From a virus: 38,164 nucleotides of DNA. The DNA is taken from IMG/VR virus record IMGVR_UViG_3300015341_000001, positions 1-38,164 of that record; one strand, given 5' to 3'. A program made the translations under genes and the position numbers. This document shows positions 24,180-31,675 of this stretch, one piece after another. The notes under the pieces were generated by a model, which saw nothing but the letters and a program-made list of their open reading frames with translations, was not told the origin of the DNA and searched no databases. The first letter of the stretch is position 1, and every line of letters begins with the position of its first letter.

Positions 24180-25405
24180 GGCGCCACGTACCCGGTGTCG
24201 GCCGAGATCGCGTAATGCGTCTGCGGTGTGACGAGGTTGCCCGACGCGTCGCGTTCCGGCAACGTGGCGGGGTTCTGACCGGCGGCGACCATGGGGCGCA
24301 TGGGCTTGCCCTCGGCGTTGTAGACAAGCGGCTGCGTCTTCTGGTTGCCCCAGAGCTTGACGACGAACAGGCCGCGCGCCCAGCGGGGCGAAGCGTTCCA
24401 CCGCGGGTCGCGGACGATCATCGGGATGTCGTTGTCGGGCAGGGTGCTGCAGCCGTGGCTGATGTGGTTCGTGTCCCAGAGGTTAGCCTGGTCCATGATG
24501 AGCGTCGGGCGAACGTGCTCCCACTGGCCACGAACCCACTCGTGGTTCATGCCCGAGAAGCGACCGCCAGAAAGCATGCTGCCGTTCACGAGGTGGTTGG
24601 CGCACCAGTCGACGGTCACGTCTTCGGTGTAGCCGTCGGTGCTGGGCCTCGAGGTGTCGCCCGCGATCGAGAACGTGAGCCCCGAGTAGAGCGAGTGGTG
24701 CACCTTCGTGCGGATCATCCGGGGCCGGGTCGACCCGTTGAAACCGACGGGCGACGCGCTGACCATGTTGCCGGCCTCGTCGCGGCCGTCGAAGTCGCAG
24801 TCGACGAGCCACGTGTCGATGTCGCGGTACATGTTGTTGTCGAACACCTCGCCCGTGTTCGGTGAATTACCACCGCCGTAAGCGAGGCCGCGGGTCTTGA
24901 CGCGCAGCCACACCTCGTTCCGGCCCATGTAGTTCTGCAGGCCGCCGAAGTGCATCGGCTTGCCGTCGGGACCGGTCTGCGGCGCACCGATGAAGGTGAT
25001 GTCCGACATCGTGCGCTGCTTGCCGCTCGTGGCGTTGTTCGGGCCGAGGCGAAGGAGTCCGGCACCCGCCTGCTTCGGCAGCTCACTGCGGGCGACCTTG
25101 TACTGGAAGCTGTCACGCTTCACGCGGACAACGGTGCCGCCAGCCCGGTCGCCACGAAGGCCCAGCGACTTCGGCGCGTAGGCTGAGTAGTTGTTGACAT
25201 CCGCGTTGTCGATCAGCGCGTAAGTGCCGGCGGGCAGGTAGACGCGCGCTTCGGTGGTGATGCGCTTGAGCGTGGTGCCGAGGTGTTCGCCCGCGATCGG
25301 CTGCGCGACAACCTCGGGGATGCTCGGGAGCACGAACTCGGGCGGAGCGATGGTGTAGCCGACGGTGGCCGTTTCGCCGGCGACCGTGACGGTTGCGCGG
25401 CTCAT
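24176..25405 (-). CDS. Right-handed parallel beta-helix (pectate-lyase-fold) protein, putative polysaccharide-degrading enzyme
   Basis: 409 aa. Contains the YLPAGTYAL motif typical of beta-helix N-termini and repeated short G/N/D-rich turns (FIGAPQTG, GGLQNYMGRN, AYGGGNSPNTG, VDCDFDGRD, SGLTFSIAGD). No signal peptide seen. Confidence 0.65.
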   Translation of the reverse strand: MSRATVTVAGETATVGYTIAPPEFVLPSIPEVVAQPIAGEHLGTTLKRITTEARVYLPAGTYALIDNADVNNYSAYAPKSLGLRGDRAGGTVVRVKRDSFQYKVARSELPKQAGAGLLRLGPNNATSGKQRTMSDITFIGAPQTGPDGKPMHFGGLQNYMGRNEVWLRVKTRGLAYGGGNSPNTGEVFDNNMYRDIDTWLVDCDFDGRDEAGNMVSASPVGFNGSTRPRMIRTKVHHSLYSGLTFSIAGDTSRPSTDGYTEDVTVDWCANHLVNGSMLSGGRFSGMNHEWVRGQWEHVRPTLIMDQANLWDTNHISHGCSTLPDNDIPMIVRDPRWNASPRWARGLFVVKLWGNQKTQPLVYNAEGKPMRPMVAAGQNPATLPERDASGNLVTPQTHYAISADTGYVAP

Positions 25406-25629
25406 GCGGTGGCCGTGTAGATGGCGTAGTTGCCGCCGTCGGCCTTGAGTGTCCAGGTGCGCTCGGCGTCGGTGACTGTGATCGGAAACTTCGCGTCGAC
25501 GACAGCGGTCTCGCCGAGCAAGGTGACCTCGACGTGGAGGCTGCGTCGCTCGGCGAGTTCGGCGCTGAGTTCGATGCTGAGCTCGAGGGGGGTCTTAGTG
25601 GTGTCAACGGATGCCATGAGGCCGGCCAT
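25402..25629 (-). CDS. 75-aa hypothetical protein translationally coupled to the beta-helix gene
   Basis: ATG 25629 lies 6 nt after AAAGGA. Its stop overlaps the next ATG (ATGA). Confidence 0.6.
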   Translation of the reverse strand: MAGLMASVDTTKTPLELSIELSAELAERRSLHVEVTLLGETAVVDAKFPITVTDAERTWTLKADGGNYAIYTATA

Positions 25630-25667
25630 GATGTGTCCTTTGGTTGGTGTGGCGGGGTAGTTGTTCC

Positions 25668-25697
25668 AGTATGCGCTTGCAATGAGTGGCGCGTCAA
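25668..25697 (-). promoter_or_regulatory. Putative leftward promoter TTGACG-N18-CATACT
   Basis: Minus-strand reading: cTTGACGcgccactcattgcaagcgCATACT, ~35 nt upstream of the SD of the 25629 gene. It shares the cTTGACGCGYCACT element with the promoters at 34634 and 36980. Confidence 0.4.
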
Positions 25698-25704
25698 GTA
25701 GGAT
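25677..25704 (+). promoter_or_regulatory. Putative rightward promoter TTGCAA-N16-TAGGAT for the RHH gene
   Basis: The hexamers are interleaved with those of the leftward promoter. The SD GAAAGGAG and the ATG 25737 lie downstream. Confidence 0.4.
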
Positions 25705-25736
25705 GGGAGAATCTTTTCCGAACGAAAGGAGCCGAC

Positions 25737-25919
25737 ATGGCTTCCCCCACCGGCCAGGCCGGCACCGCAAAGTACAGCAAGCAGCTGGTCATCGCCGCCA
25801 CCCCCGACATGCGGGCTCGCATCGACGCCGAGGCGGCGACCAACCGCGTCTCGATCAGCGAAGTCGCCCGCACCTACATCGAGCTCGGCATGCAAGCGGC
25901 CGACGGGCTCGTGGAGTAG
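25737..25919 (+). CDS. Ribbon-helix-helix (CopG/Arc-like) transcriptional regulator
   Basis: 60 aa. Beta strand KQLVIAATPDM, then helix RARIDAEAA, then helix SISEVARTYIELG. SD GAAAGGAG. It is the only plus-strand gene inside the leftward arm. Confidence 0.65.
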   Translation: MASPTGQAGTAKYSKQLVIAATPDMRARIDAEAATNRVSISEVARTYIELGMQAADGLVE

Positions 25920-25963
25920 GCTGGCCTTTCCGACTCGCCATTGGAAGCCCTATCCGGGCACAC

Positions 25964-26013
25964 GCAACGCCCCGACCGGGAAAGCCGCGAGAGCCGCTAG
26001 GTCGGGGCGTTGC
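25964..26013. terminator. Bidirectional terminator hairpin between convergent genes
   Basis: Perfect 14-bp stem gcaacgccccgacc / ggtcggggcgttgc with a 22-nt loop, followed on the plus strand by ttcgtta. Confidence 0.65.
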
Positions 26014-26017
26014 TTCG

Positions 26018-26239
26018 TTACGCGGGACTGATGACCGTGACGATGATGCGCCAGGTGAAGTGATCCCATTTGCCATCGCGGGCACTCGTCACCGTGGCGC
26101 CCTCGGGCACCTTCGCGGCGAACTGCCGCGCCCACAGCGCCGGGTCCGTTTCGCGCAGCTCGTGCAGCAGCTTGAACGTGCCGCGACCGGTGCGGAACGT
26201 CGCCACGAGGTCATGTTCGAGCGGCTCGAGGTGGGTCAT
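26018..26239 (-). CDS. Hypothetical protein
   Basis: 73-aa ORF with an ATGA overlap with the methyltransferase gene. Confidence 0.6.
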   Translation of the reverse strand: MTHLEPLEHDLVATFRTGRGTFKLLHELRETDPALWARQFAAKVPEGATVTSARDGKWDHFTWRIIVTVISPA

Positions 26240-26805
26240 TTGACCAGCGCCCTGATCGTCTTGTAGGCATCCTCAGCGTCGCGGTTGATTCCGTTGGACT
26301 TGTCCCAAATCAGCAGGCAGCACCCGAACGGCGGGCGGTCGCCCTTCGGGCCGATCGTCACGTCGCGACGTTCGAAACGCATACGGCCGGGCAAGAACTC
26401 GACGCGAAGGGGCGAGCCTGGGCGGTCGCGTTTCGGCTCGACAAGCTCCTGCCACCACTTCTGCTCCGGCCGGTTCGCCGGTAGCAGCATGACGATCCCG
26501 CGCGTCTGTTCGTACTCTTCCCACGCCTTCGACACCCAGTCGTATAGGTTCGAGTACGGCGGATTGCACCAGACGCGCTCACCGGCCCACGACTGCTCAA
26601 GACCGTTGTCCGCCCGAGTGAAGTAGCGCGGTGCCTTGGTGTTGTGAGGCGCTGCGGCAACGTCGAGAGTGAACGGCTGACCGAAGCGATCTTCGAGGCC
26701 TCGCACGAACTCCGGCTGCGTGCCGCGGTCGTCCACCTCATCGAGGGCGCCACGCGCGCCCGTTTGCTGCGGGTGGTTCTGCGCTTTGAATCCAACGATG
26801 CTCAT
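26236..26805 (-). CDS. DNA N6-adenine methyltransferase (phage Dam-like, orphan)
   Basis: FTLDVAAAPHNTKAPRYFT...WAGERVWCNPPYSNLYDWVSKA...IVMLLPA, with the NPPY catalytic motif. The internal ATG 26805 was chosen because the upstream extension is Arg/Pro-rich. Confidence 0.85.
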   Translation of the reverse strand: MSIVGFKAQNHPQQTGARGALDEVDDRGTQPEFVRGLEDRFGQPFTLDVAAAPHNTKAPRYFTRADNGLEQSWAGERVWCNPPYSNLYDWVSKAWEEYEQTRGIVMLLPANRPEQKWWQELVEPKRDRPGSPLRVEFLPGRMRFERRDVTIGPKGDRPPFGCCLLIWDKSNGINRDAEDAYKTIRALVK

Positions 26806-26954
26806 CGCAGGGCCTCGCACTGGCCGAGGCTGCGGTGGGCGATGAAGAGGCGTTTGCCGAAGTCGGGGTCGCCCGCGGCGGGCGTGCCGAGCTTCATGCC
26901 GCACTCGCCACACGTGATGATCGGCGCGGGTGCGGTGGGGGTCGTGGCGGTCAT
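26802..26954 (-). CDS. 50-aa Cys-containing peptide coupled on both sides
   Basis: Hand translation gives MTATTPTAPAPIITCGECGMKLGTPAAGDPDFGKRLFIAHRSLGQCEALR. ATGA overlaps with both the primase stop and the methyltransferase start. Confidence 0.5.
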   Translation of the reverse strand: MTATTPTAPAPIITCGECGMKLGTPAAGDPDFGKRLFIAHRSLGQCEALR

Positions 26955-29395
26955 CGTTTGGCCTTTCGAGGTGACGTGGTGGGGCGCGACGCGATGTCGG
27001 TGACAAGAGCGTCGCCCGGGTTGGTGATGGTGCCTTCGGTGTCGCGGTACTTCACGCCCAACAGGCTCATTGCTACGACGGGGGGCTTGACGCCAAACGC
27101 CCGCGTAGGCATCGACGGCACGTTCTTCAAGCCGAACCGTACGACGTGCTTCTCGATCGACGGCAAGGAGACGTGCCCTGAAAACCGGCCCGAGATGAGC
27201 GAGTCGGACCAGGGGTGTTGCGACCTTTGCTCGAGGAACCGATTAAAATCGTCGCAGAGTTGCCGGATGGGGATGGCGTAACCAGGGGCGAGCTCGAGGT
27301 GGTCGCGAACGTACGCGAGGATCGGGTCAGCCTCCATGCGCCAGTCCTCGGTGTCGGACTCGACACGCTTCGGCATGGCGGGCATGACCTTGCCGGCGGC
27401 GTACCACTCGATGGCGCCTTGAACGAGCCACCGCAACACGGCTGCCGAGGGAGTGGTGAACGCGGGCTTGAGTCGCGGGTCACCGTGACGGTCCGAGCTA
27501 CCCTGCAGCTCGGAAGAGGGCTTGACGAAGCGCCAGGGGAACTCGACCAGGCCGAGCCGGCGCCATGTTCCGTGGTCCGTTTCGGCAATGACGGGGCGGT
27601 AGTTCGTTGAAATGAACAGGGCGTGGGTCGCCTGCCACTCGATCGTGTCCTGGCGCATGCGACGGGCCCTGATCTTGTCCGTACCCACGGTGTCTTTCAA
27701 TCGGGCAACGTCGAGGTTCCGGCCTTCGGCGAGTTCTTCCGCGATGGCAATACGCGCGCCCATGAGGTCGGTGAGCTCGGTGGAGTGCGCCCCCGGCTGC
27801 GACATGAGAATCTGCTTGGACACAGTGACCGAGTAGTTGCCCGTGGCGTATCGCACGCCGTCGAGGATGGTCGACTTGCCGTTCTCGCCACCGCCTCGGA
27901 TGATCGGCATGACCGCATCGTCGGGCGTGTAGCCGGTGCAGGCTTGGCCGAAGCGGACCTGCATCCACTTCGCCACCTTCTTCGTGGAGAACGCATTGAG
28001 CGCTTTGGCCCACAATTCTTCTTCCACCGGGTCGACGTCGAGCAGGTACTCGGCGCCGGCGATCTTGGTGAAGAGATAGGCCGGGTCGTGCTCGAGCAGC
28101 TCGCCGGTGCGGAGGTCGACGACGCCGTTCTGCACGTTGAGTAGGTCCGGGTGCGAGTCGAGCGCTTCGGCCTCTTCGGCAACGATGCCAAGTGCGAGGC
28201 GCGCGATCGAGACGATGCGGCTGCGCTGCAGAAGAGTGGTGATCGCGGGGATGCGTTGCTTCTCTTCGCGCATGATCGCGCCGTGCACTTCTTCGGCCAC
28301 GATCTTCTTGACCAGCCGGCGCGTCGCCTCGAAGAGGGAAGTCTCCGGTGCGGTGACCCACACCTTGCCGTCGTAGCGGAGTAGGCCGGTGCCCTCGACG
28401 GTGGTCCAGTGGCCGCGAATCCTGTCGGCGATCTCCTCGGCGACGGGAGAGTCCTCGAGGTAGCGGGCAGACCCCTGCGGTTCAACGGGGCCTTCGGCTT
28501 TTCCCTCGGCCCTCGACTTGAGCTGTTTGCGCTCGGCCTTGGTGATCTCGAACGTGACGGGCGGGGCGCCATAGTGAGCGACCGAGCCCTCGAGCGCGGC
28601 ATCCCAGTGACGGTCGTACTCGGGGAAGTCCTGCACGTAGGTGGTGCGGGCTCGGTCGAGCGCTTCGGCAACGCCGGGGCGGCCCTCGGCTCCGAGCTGC
28701 ACGAGGCGGGTGACCGCATCAAGCATGTCGCCGTGGGACATGCCGTCGGCGGTGACGGCCTTGCGTGCTGCCTTGACTTCGGCGTCAGGCTTGCCGGCTC
28801 GGAGACGGGCGAACCACGCGTCGACGGGGAGTGAGTCGCCGCGTGGTGCTACGGCGTCCCTGCGGGGCACCAGGGCCCAGTCAGGGGCGGGTGCGAGCTT
28901 CGGGGCAGAGGTGAGCGCGTCGCCGTAGTAGACCGCAAAGCCGTTGCCGCTGCGGATGTCGACGTGATCGACGGGGTGGTCCGTGGCGATGGTGAGCTCT
29001 ACCCCCTCGGGGGCGGCGTAGAGGTAGTGACTCCCGCCGCTAGGGGTGAGGTAGTTCAGCGTGTTGCGCCACTCGGGGTAAGCCTCGTCGATGTCCGCGG
29101 CCTCGAGGTGGAGCGAGCCCGAGCCTGAGCATCCGGCGGGATGGGTCTTGGTGTTGCACCCCTTCTCGTCGATGTCGACCACGACGAGGCCGGAGCGGCC
29201 GGTGTGGACGCCGATGTAGGCCCCGGGGAAGTCGATCGACCACCACGTGGCGATCTGCTCGGGGTCGGTGGTCGCCTCGTCGTTCCAGCGGACGTAGGGC
29301 TGCTTCCCGGCCTTCGGGTCGGGGTTGACGGGGAAGACGTACCAGCCGGCCTCGCGAGCCAAGGAGAGGGCGACGTCGAGCGGGTCGCGGGTCAT
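26951..29395 (-). CDS. Bifunctional primase-polymerase / D5-type (superfamily 3) helicase
   Basis: N-terminal prim-pol motifs (YVFPVNP, VVVDIDEKG, PSGGSHYLY) and a C-terminal P-loop IIRGGGENGKST. 814 aa. Confidence 0.9.
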   Translation of the reverse strand: MTRDPLDVALSLAREAGWYVFPVNPDPKAGKQPYVRWNDEATTDPEQIATWWSIDFPGAYIGVHTGRSGLVVVDIDEKGCNTKTHPAGCSGSGSLHLEAADIDEAYPEWRNTLNYLTPSGGSHYLYAAPEGVELTIATDHPVDHVDIRSGNGFAVYYGDALTSAPKLAPAPDWALVPRRDAVAPRGDSLPVDAWFARLRAGKPDAEVKAARKAVTADGMSHGDMLDAVTRLVQLGAEGRPGVAEALDRARTTYVQDFPEYDRHWDAALEGSVAHYGAPPVTFEITKAERKQLKSRAEGKAEGPVEPQGSARYLEDSPVAEEIADRIRGHWTTVEGTGLLRYDGKVWVTAPETSLFEATRRLVKKIVAEEVHGAIMREEKQRIPAITTLLQRSRIVSIARLALGIVAEEAEALDSHPDLLNVQNGVVDLRTGELLEHDPAYLFTKIAGAEYLLDVDPVEEELWAKALNAFSTKKVAKWMQVRFGQACTGYTPDDAVMPIIRGGGENGKSTILDGVRYATGNYSVTVSKQILMSQPGAHSTELTDLMGARIAIAEELAEGRNLDVARLKDTVGTDKIRARRMRQDTIEWQATHALFISTNYRPVIAETDHGTWRRLGLVEFPWRFVKPSSELQGSSDRHGDPRLKPAFTTPSAAVLRWLVQGAIEWYAAGKVMPAMPKRVESDTEDWRMEADPILAYVRDHLELAPGYAIPIRQLCDDFNRFLEQRSQHPWSDSLISGRFSGHVSLPSIEKHVVRFGLKNVPSMPTRAFGVKPPVVAMSLLGVKYRDTEGTITNPGDALVTDIASRPTTSPRKAKR

Positions 29396-29598
29396 TTGAC
29401 CAGGGGGGCCACAAGGGCGTAGTCGCTACGCCTTGGTTGACCACTCAAAAGGCTACGAGCAAAACCGCCGACTGAATCCCAGACTCCCTGAACGCCTCGA
29501 GCAAGCATTTCGCCGCACAGGCGGTTGGCGCGGTCGAGCATGGGGTCGAAGCCCCGAGAGAGGCAGGTCGCTTCATAAAGCGGAGTGGGGGTGGTCAT
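29392..29598 (-). CDS. Small hypothetical protein, first gene of the leftward arm
   Basis: Internal ATG 29598 (MTTPTPLYEATCLSRGF...). ATGA overlap with the primase gene. The start choice is uncertain. Confidence 0.5.
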   Translation of the reverse strand: MTTPTPLYEATCLSRGFDPMLDRANRLCGEMLARGVQGVWDSVGGFARSLLSGQPRRSDYALVAPLVK

Positions 29599-29656
29599 AG
29601 AAGGTCCGATCGTTGGGTGTTGCGCTAGTCGTGGGAGCTGGTCTTGCTTGCCGGAT

Positions 29657-29717
29657 GGTCGGCCCCAGTCGGTCACGCGGGAGATGGGGACCCACGCTTC
29701 GTCAACTGGGGCCGACC
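29657..29717. repeat. 13-bp perfect inverted repeat (hairpin) in the leader of the leftward arm
   Basis: ggtcggccccagt (29657..29669) pairs with actggggccgacc (29705..29717), leaving a 35-nt loop. Confidence 0.85.
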
Positions 29718-29754
29718 TTGCCGACTAGAGCAAGGGACCGGAGCACCCGGCTAC

Positions 29755-29783
29755 ATCGTGGCATGCGGTCCTCGTTCCGTCAA
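29755..29783 (-). promoter_or_regulatory. Putative leftward early promoter TTGACG-N17-CACGAT
   Basis: Minus-strand reading: gggcTTGACGgaacgaggaccgcatgcCACGAT, about 150 nt upstream of ATG 29598. Confidence 0.35.
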
Positions 29784-29801
29784 GCCCGTTTCGGTGGGCC
29801 G

Positions 29802-30075
29802 CTTAGCTCGGGGAATCGTGGCTGCTAAGAGTGTAAAAGTGTAAACGATGTAAAGGCTTCTATGTTCCGCTTCTTAGGCGCACACACACAGGCAAGGAGT
29901 TTCAGAGCAACGTTTACATCGTTTACACATTGGGTTTAGGGGGTAGCTAAGCGGAGCCGTCGCCCCTTAGCGCGCCCCGCGCCGCTTGCTAAGCCCGACG
30001 CCCTTCGCTTAGCAACGCCGAAACGCGCCACTCAACTAACGTTCAGGATAAGCGGCGTGATTTGCGGTCGCTAAG
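29802..30075. promoter_or_regulatory. Cluster of GCTAAG / CTTAGC half-sites arranged as spaced palindromes (putative operators)
   Basis: CTTAGC-N16-GCTAAG at 29802..29829, GCTAAG-N14-CTTAGC at 29946..29971, TGCTAAGC-N12-GCTTAGCA at 29987..30014, and a single GCTAAG at 30070..30075 just upstream of the -35 hexamer at 30084. Confidence 0.6.
29831..29928. repeat. TGTAAA iterons and a 16-bp perfect inverted repeat in the A/T-richest part of the genome
   Basis: gTGTAAAa, gTGTAAAc and aTGTAAAg lie at 29831..29854. The arm gtgtaaacgatgtaaa (29839..29854) has its exact reverse complement at 29913..29928. A (CA)5 run sits between them. Confidence 0.85.
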
Positions 30076-30083
30076 AAAAGGCC

Positions 30084-30112
30084 TTGCATCCCGAGTGACG
30101 CGCCACTATGCT
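30084..30112 (+). promoter_or_regulatory. Putative rightward early promoter TTGCAT-N17-TATGCT, ending 6 nt before ATG 30119
   Basis: Hexamers and spacing were read directly. The ATG sits at the expected transcription start, implying a leaderless mRNA. Confidence 0.5.
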
Positions 30113-30118
30113 GGGGGT

Positions 30119-30280
30119 ATGAACCGACTCAACCAGCTCATGACCGTCGTCTGCACCCTCGTTGCGTTCGCAGCATTTGGGTTGTGCCTTCGCTACCTCG
30201 TCTTTGACGACAACCTGGCACTCGGAACATTCTTCGGCTTCGCGGCCGTCATCAACCTCCTGGTCGCTCAGAAGGACTGA
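30119..30280 (+). CDS. 53-aa 2-TM membrane protein (first rightward gene)
   Basis: MNRLNQLMTVVCTLVAFAAFGLCLRYLVFDDNLALGTFFGFAAVINLLVAQKD. The ORF-track TTG start at 30062 would lie upstream of the promoter. Confidence 0.6.
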   Translation: MNRLNQLMTVVCTLVAFAAFGLCLRYLVFDDNLALGTFFGFAAVINLLVAQKD

Positions 30281-30282
30281 CT

Positions 30283-30900
30283 GTGGCCCTCTACGCACAC
30301 ACGCACCTCGGGATGCCGGCACCGCGCCACACGCTCACCGAGGCGGCAGAGGCTGCACGCGTGGCCGTTCGCCAGCTCCCCCCATCCCGCCTCGTCGAGG
30401 TCATCACCAAGTCAGGAGTCACTATGAAAACGTCTCGAGCACCGCTCACCCGCCGCGAGGTCGAGGAGGCCTACGTGCACCCGGAGCCGGAGATGCCGGC
30501 ACGGGAGGTTGTATACGCGTGGCTCGTTGAGGTGGAGCGCGCCCACACGACCGTCGCCTTCGTACTCAAGGCCGAGGCCGCCGGCGCCGACGTCAAGGTC
30601 ACGGTCGCCCGCGGCACGACGCTGCCGAAGTGGCACGTCAACGCGCCGGACTCGAAGCCGAACCCGGGCCCGCCCGTCGACGCGGCGCAGTACCACGGCG
30701 AGGTCGTCGACTCGGTGGTCGTGTGGGCGAGGCGAGCGAAGCGAGGCGAGCGGTGGGTAGACCCTCACGGTGACCGTTGGTTCGATGGCTGGTGCAAGGT
30801 TCGCGCCGAGTGGCACAACGGTCGCATCCACGAGGTCACGGTCAACGGCGCCAAGTCGTCGCTCAAGGCCGCGCTCGAGGCGTTGGGGGCGACGTCGTGA
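30283..30900 (+). CDS. Hypothetical protein
   Basis: GTG lies 6 nt after GAAGGA. 205 aa. An alternative start is ATG 30424, after AGGAG. Confidence 0.6.
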   Translation: MALYAHTHLGMPAPRHTLTEAAEAARVAVRQLPPSRLVEVITKSGVTMKTSRAPLTRREVEEAYVHPEPEMPAREVVYAWLVEVERAHTTVAFVLKAEAAGADVKVTVARGTTLPKWHVNAPDSKPNPGPPVDAAQYHGEVVDSVVVWARRAKRGERWVDPHGDRWFDGWCKVRAEWHNGRIHEVTVNGAKSSLKAALEALGATS

Positions 30901-31166
30901 GCTACGTCGGTGACCGTGACCGTTCCGGTAGCCGCGACCGTTCCGGCAAGGGCGTCGGCTACTACGACCGCACGCGCAAGGGCCCCGCGATCGGCGGCAT
31001 GGTTCGCCCCAGCAAGCGACGCGATGCCTCTGCCGGCACCGAGGCGTGGCGCGGCACCGTGCAGGGCGCTGATCTCCGCACCGACTGCGCGCTCGTGGTG
31101 TGGTCGCACCAGCCGACGATCCTCCACCGCATCCCGTATTCGTGGCTCGTCGAGGTGACTTCGTGA
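30897..31166 (+). CDS. Hypothetical protein
   Basis: GTGA overlap with the upstream gene. 89 aa. Confidence 0.55.
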   Translation: MSYVGDRDRSGSRDRSGKGVGYYDRTRKGPAIGGMVRPSKRRDASAGTEAWRGTVQGADLRTDCALVVWSHQPTILHRIPYSWLVEVTS

Positions 31167-31315
31167 CCCTCGACTGGCACCACCTGACCATCACTGCTCG
31201 TGACGGCGAGGGCGTAGGGCTCGAGTGTTCGTGTGGCTGGACGTGGACGTCACCGTTCGTTGTCGAGTCGTTCGGCGCGTTTTCAGAAGTTGCACGCATT
31301 CACCTCCACCGGTGA
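31163..31315 (+). CDS. Small hypothetical protein
   Basis: GTGA overlap. 50 aa (VTLDWHHLTITARDGEGVGLECSCGW...). Confidence 0.5.
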   Translation: MTLDWHHLTITARDGEGVGLECSCGWTWTSPFVVESFGAFSEVARIHLHR

Positions 31316-31319
31316 CGTT

Positions 31320-31415
31320 GTGACTCTCGACGCCGGCCCGATGTGCCCCTACTGTTTCAAACGTGGCGTCCACCTCGCCTCGTGTTCCGCACCTCAACCG
31401 AAGGATAAGCCGTGA
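31320..31415 (+). CDS. Possible 31-aa Cys-containing peptide
   Basis: GTG 31320 (VTLDAGPMCPYCFKRGVHLASC...). Its stop overlaps the next GTG. Short, so weakly supported. Confidence 0.3.
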   Translation: MTLDAGPMCPYCFKRGVHLASCSAPQPKDKP

Positions 31416-31675
31416 CTATCAACCTGACCGACGTGACGTTCGACCTACTCGTCGCTGAGCAGCTGCACGACATCGTGCCGTGTGCGATTGACGAGTGTGA
31501 GAGCACCGCGCACTGGTACCTCCGCTGCTGCGGCTGCGGCAACCTGATCCTCCGTTGCGCGTCGCACCGTGCGGTCGTCGATCGCCGCCACATCGGCGCG
31601 CTGTACACGGATTGCGTGGAGTGCGATCACGTTTACGCGGTCAGCCCCACGCCTCTCCCCTGGGTCGCCCTGTGA
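31412..31675 (+). CDS. Cys/His-rich small protein (putative zinc binding)
   Basis: GTGA overlap. Contains CAIDECES...RCCGCGNLILRCASH...CVECDH. Confidence 0.6.
   Translation: MTINLTDVTFDLLVAEQLHDIVPCAIDECESTAHWYLRCCGCGNLILRCASHRAVVDRRHIGALYTDCVECDHVYAVSPTPLPWVAL

Noticed and set aside
29613-29844. Two plus-strand ORFs (29613..29828 and 29644..29844) inside the control region.
   Set aside because: They have no SD, an Arg/Gly-rich translation, and run across the inverted repeats and putative promoters. The region is better explained as non-coding.
29881-29890. (CA)5 microsatellite.
   Set aside because: It is only five units long. I noted it as part of the control region rather than as an independent feature.
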